Shown piece by piece: positions 43,024-52,982 of a stretch of 64,000 nt of DNA. This DNA comes from Candidatus Poribacteria bacterium (lineage in GTDB: Bacteria > Poribacteria > WGA-4E > PCPOR2b). The DNA lies in assembly GCA_965218095.1 (NCBI GenBank), contig OZ244587.1, forward strand, positions 800,001 to 864,000, read 5' to 3'. Position 1 is the first letter of the stretch; every line of letters starts with the position of its first letter. The position numbers and the translations under genes are program-made. Below the pieces are notes generated by a model, which saw only the letters and a list, made by a program, of their open reading frames with translations, made no database searches and was not told the DNA's origin.

Positions 43024-43666
43024 ACTGCTTTGAATTTGCTTCATACCTCTCCCGTATTGTAACGGCAACGCGCCGCATGACCCCCTCGCCCCGACTATAG
43101 GTCCGAATATGCTCATCTGACTGTAAAGTGATATGAATGATACGCCGATCTTGAGGAGGCATCGGATCTAGAACAATCTCCTGGTTGGTCTGTTTGACTT
43201 TCGTCGCGACGCGATAAGCTAAGTCAATTAGCATCTGCTCGCGCCGTTCACGGTATCCTTCTGCATCAACGATGACCTTTTTTTTAACAAGAGACGATCT
43301 ATTTAAGATACAGTTCAGCAAATATTCGACAGCATTAAGTGTTTGCCCATGTTTACCGATCAATACACCAGCGTTATCGGTACTCACCATGAGATGTACA
43401 CTCCCATCGATAATCTGGGTTTCAATCTGCGCTTCGATTCCCATGTGGCTTAAAATCTCATGAAGTACAACTTCTGGAGTCGAAGAAACGTCTTCTTTCA
43501 GGGTGACGCGGACTTTGGCGAGCTTGGCGCCTAATCCCAAGAGCCCCTTTGTGGCTTCGTGCATAACTTTTACACTCACTTGCTCATGACTAACACCGAG
43601 CTCTTTTAGGGCATCATCCAAAGCCTCTTCTGCTGTTTTACCTTCTGTTTCAATAAATTGTTGCAC
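43016..43666 (-). CDS. jag: RNA-binding protein Jag/EloR (KhpB)
   Basis: Jag_N, KH (IGKHGQTL), R3H (RRIIH). Confidence 0.94.
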   Translation of the reverse strand: MQQFIETEGKTAEEALDDALKELGVSHEQVSVKVMHEATKGLLGLGAKLAKVRVTLKEDVSSTPEVVLHEILSHMGIEAQIETQIIDGSVHLMVSTDNAGVLIGKHGQTLNAVEYLLNCILNRSSLVKKKVIVDAEGYRERREQMLIDLAYRVATKVKQTNQEIVLDPMPPQDRRIIHITLQSDEHIRTYSRGEGVMRRVAVTIRERYEANSKQYD

Positions 43667-43767
43667 GATTCATTGTCCTCCTGAACACCCCCATAATATC
43701 GCTATTCACGGAGATTAAATGCGGGGTAAAAATTGACAATCATCATTGGCAATCAGTAATTTGCGCT

Positions 43768-45624
43768 TCATGAATTACGTTTCGCTTTTGAGGAATTTCG
43801 TTTTTTGGGTTGAGATTGCTTTTTTGTCGGTAAGCTCTTAACAGGTTCTGCTTCGTCTGAGTCTTTCAATTTGGTGACATACTGTTGTCCGATTGTAAAA
43901 ACATTGTTGCATAACCAATATAGAACAAATCCCGATGCCCAGTTATAAAAGAGAAAAACAAACAAGAGGGGCATAAACTGCATAATCTTTGCCTGTATAT
44001 TGTCGGTGGCAGGGGGCATACCGCTCCCTGTTTTCTGTTGTAACCAGGTTGTTAAACCGTTGACAATTGGTAAAAAGCGCACAGCATTTCCAAGGAAAGG
44101 AATCGTAAAGGGAAGAGTGAATAGAACATCGGGAGCGGCTAAGTCGTCGATCCATAAAAAGAAGGGGGCGCCTCGCAGTTCAACCGCATTGCCAAGAAGC
44201 GAAAATAACGCCCAGAAAATCGGAATTTGTGGAATCCAGGGAATGCATCCACCCAATGGATTGACGCCGTGTTCTTTGTATAATTGCATTGTCGCCTTAT
44301 TGAGTTTCTGCGGATCATCTCGATACTTCTCACGGAGTTCCGTGATTAAGGGCTGTAATTTCTGCATCCTCTGCATGGACTTGTAACTCTTACGTGTCAG
44401 CGGATATGAAACCACTTTGGTCAATAAGGTCAGCAAGATGATGGCGATACCGTAATTTGGGATGATGCGCTCAAAACCGTTGAGCAGCCAGAGCATTGCC
44501 CAAACCACTGGCCAGAAGAAGCCGAAATCGATAATCTTGGTGAGTCGGATTGGTACTTCCGGGGCGCCCGGACCTTCAATTCCTTTCAGAATTTTGTCTT
44601 CTTTGGGACCGACATAGATCCGAAATAGATCAGCCCGGCTTTGGTGAGAATCCAGGGAGAAACCGGGGATGATGAGGCTTGCCGCTTCCGATGGGGCGGT
44701 AATATCCATCGGCGCCATTTCCCCGTTGTCCTTGAGGATTTTGTACGCATATTGCGCCGCAAGCTGCGGATCTGGAATCATGATCGCGGCGAAATACTTG
44801 TTATTCAGACCTGCCCATAAGACAGTCTCCGTAAGCTGGGATTCCTCTAATTCTTTGACCGGTTTACCAAACCCTGTATAGGCTTTGGCTCCTTCGCTTT
44901 TCGGATTGTGCTGCCCACGTTTGCCGGTGTTGCGTTCATGGGGGAGAAGGTCTGCATTGATTCCAGGTCCCCAGCGGAGTTTATATCCGCTGCGATTATC
45001 ACTCATCGTATCAAGAGAAATTAACGGTTGATCGGATAAATTTTGAAAAGTCAATTCGAGGTCAACGTAGTAGCTATCCCAGTAAAACGTAAATTTCTTC
45101 AAAACCTTCAGGTCTTTTCCGATTTGCGTGCTGAATGTGAGGGTGCCTCGCGGATTTCGATCTGTGAGAACAAGTTCTGTCTTGTCGGCTTTCCATGTCG
45201 CCCCCATCGCATCGTGCTCCAATCCCGGGTTAAAAAAGCGAACTGACAGACAGTTTTGGGCTGTTACGGGGATCAGGTTAATCGACGATTCACCATCACC
45301 TGATCGGTCTGGATATTCTTTAAGCATCCATTTGTGAGCGTAGGCAAATCGTCCAACCGAAAAAATAACATCATATTTTCCAGTTTCAACATGAACCTTT
45401 TCGCCTTGCTCCCAATCGGGCGTCGATTCCTCCGCTGACGCAGAAAATTCCTGATCGATTGTTGGTTCATCGGATGGTAAGGGTGAGGCTTGATCCGGTC
45501 GTTCAGTGGTTTGCTGAGTTGGTTGCGGACGATTCGGACTTGGGAGATTTCGACTATAAAACCAACTCCAGCCAAACATCACAACGATCATGAGTACGAG
45601 TGCTAAGATGTAACGTTTCTCCAT
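43768..45624 (-). CDS. yidC: Membrane protein insertase YidC
   Basis: NYGIAIILLT, NPLGGC, WIDDL, LYW..NN. Confidence 0.95.
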   Translation of the reverse strand: MEKRYILALVLMIVVMFGWSWFYSRNLPSPNRPQPTQQTTERPDQASPLPSDEPTIDQEFSASAEESTPDWEQGEKVHVETGKYDVIFSVGRFAYAHKWMLKEYPDRSGDGESSINLIPVTAQNCLSVRFFNPGLEHDAMGATWKADKTELVLTDRNPRGTLTFSTQIGKDLKVLKKFTFYWDSYYVDLELTFQNLSDQPLISLDTMSDNRSGYKLRWGPGINADLLPHERNTGKRGQHNPKSEGAKAYTGFGKPVKELEESQLTETVLWAGLNNKYFAAIMIPDPQLAAQYAYKILKDNGEMAPMDITAPSEAASLIIPGFSLDSHQSRADLFRIYVGPKEDKILKGIEGPGAPEVPIRLTKIIDFGFFWPVVWAMLWLLNGFERIIPNYGIAIILLTLLTKVVSYPLTRKSYKSMQRMQKLQPLITELREKYRDDPQKLNKATMQLYKEHGVNPLGGCIPWIPQIPIFWALFSLLGNAVELRGAPFFLWIDDLAAPDVLFTLPFTIPFLGNAVRFLPIVNGLTTWLQQKTGSGMPPATDNIQAKIMQFMPLLFVFLFYNWASGFVLYWLCNNVFTIGQQYVTKLKDSDEAEPVKSLPTKKQSQPKKRNSSKAKRNS

Positions 45625-45796
45625 TAAAAAATCTCCTCATGGAAGAAAGGTAATAGACGTCTGGGGATGGCTTCCAAGAAAGTTAGCTTGACACCTGTTG
45701 CACCCTTTGAAAAATCCCGTTGTCCGTCAATTACGCATTGCATATTTCGTATTGGGTTGTGCGCAATATGCAATATGTTCTACGCAATATGATCAG

Positions 45797-46638
45797 CTAG
45801 GTTCTGTTGACATTTGAGTATAAGGTTGTGGCATAATAGAAGAATGATGCCAATAATCTTACCCGATGACCAATGGAAAAAGATATACTCGTTTCTTCTA
45901 ACTTGTCCCAACATCTATGTTGGCAACGAAGCGACAACACGCCGCTTTATCGAAGCTGTTCTCTGGGCGACCCGTAGCGGTGCTCAATGGAGACTTCTGC
46001 CAGACACCTATGGTAAATCGAACACCCTCTATAAGCGTTTTGCTCGGTGGTGCGACAAAGGGGGCTTCACACAGATGCACCACCACTTCGCCTCTGACCC
46101 CGATATCGAGTCGCTTATTGTGGACAGTACAATCATTCGAGCGCACCCGTGTGCGGCGGGCACCTTAAAAAGCTGGCACCTTAAAAAAAAGGGTGGCACT
46201 GAAAACCAAGCGTTAGGTCGCTCTCGCGGGGGATTCAGTACAAAAATTCACATCACAGTTGACGGCCTGGGTAATCCCCTAAGAATTCATCTGACCCCCG
46301 GTCAAAGAAACGACATAGCAGAAGCAGAAGGGTTGATACTTGGATATAAAAGCGAGTATGTGATTGGAGACAAGGGATATGACTCCGACAATTTTATCGC
46401 GGTTATTGAGGCGAATGGAGCGATTGCGGTGATACCGCCCAAAAGTCATCGTGTGGATCAAAGAGATTACGACAAACATCTGTACAAAGAGAGACATCTG
46501 GTTGAATATTTCATTAACAAGATAAAATGGTATCGCCGCATCTTCTCTCGGTTCGAGAAGTTAGCTATCCGTTATTTTGGATTTCTCAGCTTTGTCGCCA
46601 CTCTTATATGGCTCCCTTGAAATGTCAACAGAACCTAG
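45797..46638 (+). mobile_element. IS5-family (IS427-like) element copy 1 with in-frame fused transposase (ORF to 46620)
   Basis: IRs TAGGTTCTGTTGACA, CTAG at both ends; GAQWRLLP, GRSRGGFSTKIH, GDKGYDSD, RFEK. Confidence 0.9.
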
Positions 46639-46642
46639 TATA

Positions 46643-46852
46643 TTACTTGAGGGGATGGTAGCCGCCGGGGTGATAAGGATGGCACTTTGACAGGCGTTTA
46701 AGCGTCAGCCAGCCCCCTTTCAAAACCCCATGCTTCGTGATTGCTTCGAGGGCGTATTGGGAGCATGTTGGATAGAACCGGCACGTCGGCGGAAAGAGCT
46801 GTGAAATCAGTTGACGATAGCAGTGGATGGCATAAATCAGCAATATTTTCAT
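46643..46852 (-). CDS. yidD: Membrane protein insertion efficiency factor YidD
   Basis: [15 protein letters not shown]. Confidence 0.95.
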   Translation of the reverse strand: MKILLIYAIHCYRQLISQLFPPTCRFYPTCSQYALEAITKHGVLKGGWLTLKRLSKCHPYHPGGYHPLK

Positions 46853-46870
46853 AGCGTTAAGGAAGCCGCT

Positions 46871-47218
46871 CTAAGTTTTGAGGACATTGGCTTGCTGTAG
46901 AAGTTGCAAGAGTGAGGCTTGGACTTGCTGGCACTTCATACCAACCGCCGCAGATCTACCGACCACAATAATATCATATCTTGGACGAATTTGATGCTTT
47001 GATAATCTGAAGGATTCCCGAATCAGGCGTTTGAGGCGATTTCGTACGACGCTTTTCCCTACTTTCTTACTGACGGTGATTCCGAGACGGGTGCAACTTA
47101 GAGACTGCCTGAAAACGTATATAACAAGGTAACGATTCCAATACTTCTTTCCTCTTTTATACCCTCGTTGAAATTCCCAGCGATGCGTGAGTCGTTCGGG
47201 ATGAACCTGGTGTGCCAT
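46871..47218 (-). CDS. rnpA: Ribonuclease P protein component
   Basis: RLGITVSKKVGKSVVRNRLKR. Confidence 0.95.
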   Translation of the reverse strand: MAHQVHPERLTHRWEFQRGYKRGKKYWNRYLVIYVFRQSLSCTRLGITVSKKVGKSVVRNRLKRLIRESFRLSKHQIRPRYDIIVVGRSAAVGMKCQQVQASLLQLLQQANVLKT

Positions 47219-47220
47219 AA

Positions 47221-47889
47221 CTAAAATCTTTTGAGTCGAAGCCGTTCCTCCCATTGCTGTCCGTCAATCTGTCCGTGAAGATAAGCCCTATAATTTGCGA
47301 CTTGAGCCTCTAAACTCATTTGCGGTGTTCCATCTTCTTCTTCTGCAATTCCTCGTATAACATCGATTGTATTCTCCTGCATCTGCGCCCCATGCACAAT
47401 CGCACAAATCATCAGGAATTCTTCCTTGATTGCGCGGTCCGAAAACGCACGAGGAATAAAGTTGAGCAGCACAATATTTTGTTTACCCTCAAGACGACCA
47501 TTCTTCAGCCGCCAGTGGATAACCCGAATTTGTTTCTCAACAAAGAGTTGACGCAATGCTTCTTGCTGTAGTGAAATCGGTGCCTTAGGCGCCGCAACAT
47601 CAGTTGGTTGATCTATTGCCTGTGCATCCGGAATGTCGTAGGGAACAAAACCAAGTAACTCTGCAGGCGGTTTGCCAACTTCAAATGCAATCACAAGGGG
47701 CTTGGTGTTCTCAGGATGACGAATCACTTCATAGGGCATCCGTCCGGTTTCCCGTCGGTTGTATTTCCCCCACTCTTCCATTAGGGCGAACTGGAAGTAA
47801 TAATCCTCTGGTGTTTGTAGTGTGCAAGCCAACAACAGAAAAGGAAAACTCAAAAGCAAAAAACAGGTTTTGTTGACTGAAGATTTCAT
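47221..47889 (-). CDS. Hypothetical lipoprotein
   Basis: Hydrophobic N-terminus ending LLAC (lipobox-like). Confidence 0.55.
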   Translation of the reverse strand: MKSSVNKTCFLLLSFPFLLLACTLQTPEDYYFQFALMEEWGKYNRRETGRMPYEVIRHPENTKPLVIAFEVGKPPAELLGFVPYDIPDAQAIDQPTDVAAPKAPISLQQEALRQLFVEKQIRVIHWRLKNGRLEGKQNIVLLNFIPRAFSDRAIKEEFLMICAIVHGAQMQENTIDVIRGIAEEEDGTPQMSLEAQVANYRAYLHGQIDGQQWEERLRLKRF

Positions 47890-47893
47890 CAAC

Positions 47894-48406
47894 TCAGTTG
47901 ATATACAGGTACTTTTTCCAGGATTCGTCATAAGATCGACCACCACGGCTTAGGTGCAGATAGGAGATGATTGAGGGTGCCTTAGGAGAACGCTTGGGAA
48001 ACATCCGCGCTTCATGAGGCTTCCGATCTCCCTTGTTGGAGTTGCATCCTTTACACGCCGTCACGACATTTTCCCACGCCGTTGAACCTCCTCTCGAACG
48101 CGGGACGACATGATCAATTGTTAGCGTTGATGGAGGAAAATGTTCATGACAATATTGGCATGTATATTTATCGCGCACTAGGACATTCTTACGTGAAAAC
48201 TTCACAACGCAGTGAGGGATATGGACATAATTCACCAAACGGATCACCAATGGCACTTTCATCGAAGTGGTTGGCGAGCGAATTTCCCGATCAGAAAATT
48301 CCTCCGGGCATGCAACACCCTTGACGAGCATCTTCATTGCACGCTTTAAGTTACAAACGTTAATCGCCTCATAGCTTGCATTTAAGACAAGTACACTTGC
48401 TTCCAT
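47894..48406 (-). CDS. HNH endonuclease
   Basis: VLVLNASYE, RDKYTCQYC, TIDHVVPRSRGG..WENVVTACKGCN. Confidence 0.92.
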   Translation of the reverse strand: MEASVLVLNASYEAINVCNLKRAMKMLVKGVACPEEFSDREIRSPTTSMKVPLVIRLVNYVHIPHCVVKFSRKNVLVRDKYTCQYCHEHFPPSTLTIDHVVPRSRGGSTAWENVVTACKGCNSNKGDRKPHEARMFPKRSPKAPSIISYLHLSRGGRSYDESWKKYLYIN

Positions 48407-48690
48407 AACCCCTGCTCCAATTACCAATCTGAGTCTTCCAAATTGGATAAATTAATTTTATTGTAACACACCTGTCTTTGAACCTGCAAGCAAAATTCCA
48501 TTCGTCATCCCTTGAGGGGCTTGATCTCAACGGATATTTCCTTTGACATACAAAGGGTTTGATGATAAAATCGCAGCCAACGAGTCAAAGTGGACTCTCA
48601 GACAACAGGCCTCAGGAAGAACTCCGCTAATGCCTGATGCCCAGGTCCTGATACCTAACATCCTGATGCTTGAAACTCCGGTGAAATCCG

Positions 48691-49800
48691 ATGTATAACC
48701 GAACCCGAACCAGACGACGCACAGGCATCTCATTTGTCATTTCCTTGTTTTTGCACCTCGTGGCAGTCCTTGTGGTCAGCATCAATTTTCCGCGATGGTA
48801 TCAACTGCTGCCACCGCCGGAGCCAATCGTTGCAGAGCCCATCGAGGTGAAGCTTTATTCCCAACTTCTCCACCCGATAGATGTCAAGAAGCCTATCTCT
48901 CACGTCAATGCACAAATCCAACGTCACGAAAAACGTGCCCCTTCCACACCACGAGTCCCTCCAAAGACTCCAGTTGAGCAGGTGGTCCAGGTGAATCAAC
49001 CTGTACGGCTGACGGCAAATCCACCGAGCACGACTGCACAATTACCACCTACGCCAGACGTTTTGCTTGCAGAGGCATTCACAGATGACTGGCGTCTGCA
49101 AGACTCAATTGGTGAACCCCTGGAAACCATAGTCGAATCCCCTCAATCTCTTAACCTCGAAATCGAGCGCGACTTTTCACAAAAACAAGAAACGGAAGAA
49201 CAAGCGCTACAAACCGACGGTGATGAGGCGCAACCGCTCGATCGTGATGCGCAGATTGCATCCACACTGCAAACAATCGCTGGTGGCATCGCGAGTGGAA
49301 GGGGTTCACTGCCCGTGGATATTGTCTTTCTATTGGATGTGAGCGGAAGCATGGAGGATAACATTCGCGCGGTGGGGAGGCATCTAATCAACATGGTGGA
49401 CATTTTTCAAGAAAGTCAATTGGATTTCACGGTGGGCGTTGTCAAATTCAAGTATTCTGCGCTGATCTTTCCACAAACGAAGGATTATCAAAAGTATGAG
49501 CGCTTATTAGAAAACATGGAGTGTGGTGGGGATGAGCGGGCTTATGACGCCATCGCCAAATCGATTGCACGGGTAAAATTCCGTCCGGAGGCCCGACGGC
49601 GTTTCATCCTCGTCACCGACGAGCCGTTCAAAGGATCTTATACAATTCAAGAAGTGTTGAAACGTTGCCGGGAGGCGGGAGTCACGGTGGACGTAATTGG
49701 GGGCGTAATTAACGCCGACGATCCACTCAAAGCTAAACGTGAGCAAAAGGCTCTAGCGAGTCAAACCGGTGGGATGTGGTTTCCGATACCGGGGACCTAA
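48691..49800 (+). CDS. Membrane-anchored VWA-domain protein with Pro-rich linker
   Basis: N-terminal TM (ISLFLH), DIVFLLDVSGSM MIDAS, LVTDE. Confidence 0.85.
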   Translation: MYNRTRTRRRTGISFVISLFLHLVAVLVVSINFPRWYQLLPPPEPIVAEPIEVKLYSQLLHPIDVKKPISHVNAQIQRHEKRAPSTPRVPPKTPVEQVVQVNQPVRLTANPPSTTAQLPPTPDVLLAEAFTDDWRLQDSIGEPLETIVESPQSLNLEIERDFSQKQETEEQALQTDGDEAQPLDRDAQIASTLQTIAGGIASGRGSLPVDIVFLLDVSGSMEDNIRAVGRHLINMVDIFQESQLDFTVGVVKFKYSALIFPQTKDYQKYERLLENMECGGDERAYDAIAKSIARVKFRPEARRRFILVTDEPFKGSYTIQEVLKRCREAGVTVDVIGGVINADDPLKAKREQKALASQTGGMWFPIPGT

Positions 49801-50453
49801 TCTGCAATGGTTTTCCCATCTTCGATGCGAATCACGCGCTTACCAAGTTGTTGGACGAGCGCGAGATCATGCGTTGCAACCAATACCGTTGTACCACGGA
49901 AGTTGAAGCTCTCAAAGAGGTGCATAATTTCGAGCGATAACTTTGGATCCAAATTACCGGTCGGTTCGTCAGCAAGGACGAGTACCGGGTCATTTGCCAT
50001 TGCCCTGGCGATGGCGACACGCTGTTGTTCACCCCCCGAGATGTCTTCTGGCATCGCGTTTCTTCGATGGACAAGGCCCATCTGATGAAGGAGTTGATTG
50101 ACCTGCTGCCGAATTAGAGATCGCTTTGCTCCCGTCACCTTCATGGCGAGAGCGATGTTTTCTTGAACTGTTTTATTGGGAAGGAGCTTAAAGTCCTGAA
50201 AGATAACGCCCATTCTCCTGCGCAGGTGGGGGATTTGTGAGCGAGAAATTTGGGCGAGATTTTTCCCGGCGAGGACAATGTGACCCGAAGTCGGGACAAA
50301 CTCCCGGTACAAGAGTCGAAGGATTGTTGTTTTTCCGGCCCCACTTGGGCCTACCAGGAAAACAAACTCCCCTCTCTTTACGTGAAAGCTGATTTCGTGA
50401 AGGACTTCAATGTCCTCCTTATAACTTATGGAGACATTGTAAACTTGGATCAT
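49797..50453 (-). CDS. ftsE: Cell division ATP-binding protein FtsE
   Basis: GPSGAGKTT, LRRRMGVIFQDFKLL, SGGEQQR, ADEPTGNLD. Confidence 0.88.
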   Translation of the reverse strand: MIQVYNVSISYKEDIEVLHEISFHVKRGEFVFLVGPSGAGKTTILRLLYREFVPTSGHIVLAGKNLAQISRSQIPHLRRRMGVIFQDFKLLPNKTVQENIALAMKVTGAKRSLIRQQVNQLLHQMGLVHRRNAMPEDISGGEQQRVAIARAMANDPVLVLADEPTGNLDPKLSLEIMHLFESFNFRGTTVLVATHDLALVQQLGKRVIRIEDGKTIAD

Positions 50454-50548
50454 TTTAACGTAAAACGCGATGCGTGCGTTCAAGAGTGCATAAGCCTCAA
50501 GACCTCAGTGAAGCCTATGAACTACCAATGAACCTCTAAACTACGAAT

Positions 50549-52837
50549 TTATTCATCACCCGGTAACGCTTCTGTGTAACCACACTCCTTATTGTGGCAG
50601 GCGAGACGATGTTCCTTCGTTTTTGTCGTTTTTTCAAGCAGGAACGGCACACCACACTTCGGACATGCCTTGTTCACTGGTTTATCCCATAGGACGAAGT
50701 TACACTTCGGGTAGCTACTGCAACCGTAGAAGACTTTACCGCGTCTACTGCGACGCTCACCGAGATAGCCGCCACAGCCCTCTTCGGGACAATCAACGCC
50801 AATGCTGATTGGCTTTGCGTTTTTGCACCTGGGATACGCCGAACAAGAAAGGAATTTCCCGCCGGCGCGGCTGGTTTTGATCGTCATCGGATTGCCGCAC
50901 TTGTCACAGACTTCATCGGTTGGTTCACTTTCAGCGGGCGGGGTATCGTCGGTCGTCAAACGCTTGATATTGCTGCACGCCGGATAGTTAGAACAACCGA
51001 GAAAGCGCCCATATCTGCCCCACTTGATGATCATTTTGCCGCCACATTTTTCACAGACTTCATCAGATTCTTCCTCCATTTCCTTGCGTGCTTCATACAT
51101 TACATCTGGCGCCGCTTTTAAGGCGTGGCGAAAGGGTTGATAAAACGCGCTCAAGACGCCGACCCAGTCTGATTTTCCCGCTGCAATATCGTCAAGCTGA
51201 TTTTCCATTTTCGCTGTAAACTGAACGTCAAGAATATCGGGAAATCCCTTGATTAGCAGTTGGTTGACGAGCTTGCCAACATCCGTCGGCTTAAAACGTC
51301 TCTCCTCCTTGACCACGTACTCTCGATCCTGAATCGTCGAGATAATCGCGGCATAAGTACTCGGACGACCGATTCCCTTCTCCTCCAGTGCTTTGACGAG
51401 GGGCGCTTCGGCATATCGGGGCGGTGGCTGCGTGAAGTGCTGTTTGGGGGTCAATTTGCGCAGATCAAGCTGTTCGCCAATCTCCAACATGGGCAGGATG
51501 GCTTCCCCCTCCCCATTCCTACCGGTTTCATTGCGGTTATCGTCGCGCCCCTCCAGGTAGATTCTCATGAACCCATCGAACTTGACGATGGCTCCGGTTA
51601 CGCGGAACAGGTACTTCTCAGCGGAAACATCAATCGTCGTCACATCTAAAATGGCGGGATTCATCTGACTGGCAACGAACCGTTTCCAAATCAGATCATA
51701 CAGTCGATACTGTTCAGGAGACAGGTGAGATTTCAATTTCAATGACTCAGGCGTCTGTTCAACAGTGGTTGGACGAATCGCTTCGTGCGCATCTTGTGCT
51801 CCCTGTTTGCTTCTGTAGCGCACAGGGTTGCTCGGAAGGTAATCCGCTCCGTAAGTCGCTTTGATGTATCCTCGCGCGTCTGTGAGTGCTTCCTCTGCAA
51901 TGCGAGTTGAGTCGGTCCGCATGTACGTAATTAAACCGACGGAACCCTCAGCGCCGATCTCTAAACCTTCGTAGAGTTGCTGGGCAACCGCCATCGTCCG
52001 TCTGGCAGTGAACCTAAGTTTACGAGCAGCTTCCTGCTGCAAACTGCTCGTGATGAACGGTGGAACAGGTCTCCGTTTACGCTTCTGTTTCTTAATGTCT
52101 TTGACGATAAACGGCTTTGTCTTCGCGTCTTCAACGATTTCTTTTGCACGCGCTTCATCAATTGGGAATCCGTAGGTGCTGATTGAGCCCTTTTCAGATT
52201 CAATCTGGAGCAACTTCGCGTCAAATGGGGGTGGCTTTTTCCCTTTCAGGTTCGCGGTAATTGTCCAGTATTCCTGGGGAACAAAGGCTTCAATCTCCGC
52301 TTCCCGCTCACAGATGAGTCGAACGGCGACAGATTGCACTCGTCCGGCACTTAATCCCGTTTTCACGCTACGCCACAAAATGGGGCTGATTTGATAGCCA
52401 ACCAACCGATCCAGAACCCGTCGTGCTTGTTGGGAATCCACAAGCCCCTGATTGATCTGACCGGGATTATCCATTGCCGCTTGGATCGCTCCCTTTGTAA
52501 TCTCGTTGTAAATGATCCGATAGATCGGCTTTTTCGAGTTTTTGAGTGTCTCAGCAAGATGCCAGCAAATCGCCTCGCCTTCGCGATCTGGGTCGGCAGC
52601 AAGGTAGATTGCATCGGCTTTGTTCGCTTCGGTCTGAAGTTCTTTGATAACTTTCCCTTTACCACGGATGGTGATATATTCCGGGGTAAATCCGTTCTCA
52701 ATGTCCACAGCCAGCTTCTTTGCCGGTAAATCACGAATATGCCCCACAGAGGATTTCACAACATAATTTCGACCGAGAAATTTGTTAATCGTTTTCGCCT
52801 TCGCGGGTGATTCAACAACGACCAATGATTTAGGCAT
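50549..52837 (-). CDS. topA: DNA topoisomerase I with C-terminal zinc ribbons
   Basis: VESPAKAKTI, DPDREGE, ITYMRTDS, C4 zinc fingers. Confidence 0.97.
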   Translation of the reverse strand: MPKSLVVVESPAKAKTINKFLGRNYVVKSSVGHIRDLPAKKLAVDIENGFTPEYITIRGKGKVIKELQTEANKADAIYLAADPDREGEAICWHLAETLKNSKKPIYRIIYNEITKGAIQAAMDNPGQINQGLVDSQQARRVLDRLVGYQISPILWRSVKTGLSAGRVQSVAVRLICEREAEIEAFVPQEYWTITANLKGKKPPPFDAKLLQIESEKGSISTYGFPIDEARAKEIVEDAKTKPFIVKDIKKQKRKRRPVPPFITSSLQQEAARKLRFTARRTMAVAQQLYEGLEIGAEGSVGLITYMRTDSTRIAEEALTDARGYIKATYGADYLPSNPVRYRSKQGAQDAHEAIRPTTVEQTPESLKLKSHLSPEQYRLYDLIWKRFVASQMNPAILDVTTIDVSAEKYLFRVTGAIVKFDGFMRIYLEGRDDNRNETGRNGEGEAILPMLEIGEQLDLRKLTPKQHFTQPPPRYAEAPLVKALEEKGIGRPSTYAAIISTIQDREYVVKEERRFKPTDVGKLVNQLLIKGFPDILDVQFTAKMENQLDDIAAGKSDWVGVLSAFYQPFRHALKAAPDVMYEARKEMEEESDEVCEKCGGKMIIKWGRYGRFLGCSNYPACSNIKRLTTDDTPPAESEPTDEVCDKCGNPMTIKTSRAGGKFLSCSAYPRCKNAKPISIGVDCPEEGCGGYLGERRSRRGKVFYGCSSYPKCNFVLWDKPVNKACPKCGVPFLLEKTTKTKEHRLACHNKECGYTEALPGDE

Positions 52838-52901
52838 GATTCAGTCTCCAAATGATTACGGTTATAAACGTTCTGATAAAATGGAATAATGCTACGTCGT
52901 C

Positions 52902-52925
52902 CTAGGTTCTGTCAACAGAACCTAA
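52902..52925. mobile_element. Collapsed IS5 end-to-end scar
   Basis: CTAGGTTCTGTCAACAGAACCTAA = partial left IR fused to right IR. Confidence 0.75.
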
Positions 52926-52982
52926 TGCGTGAGATGTGAAATGTGATAAATGCAATTACAGTTTCCAATTTTTTTGAACCAC

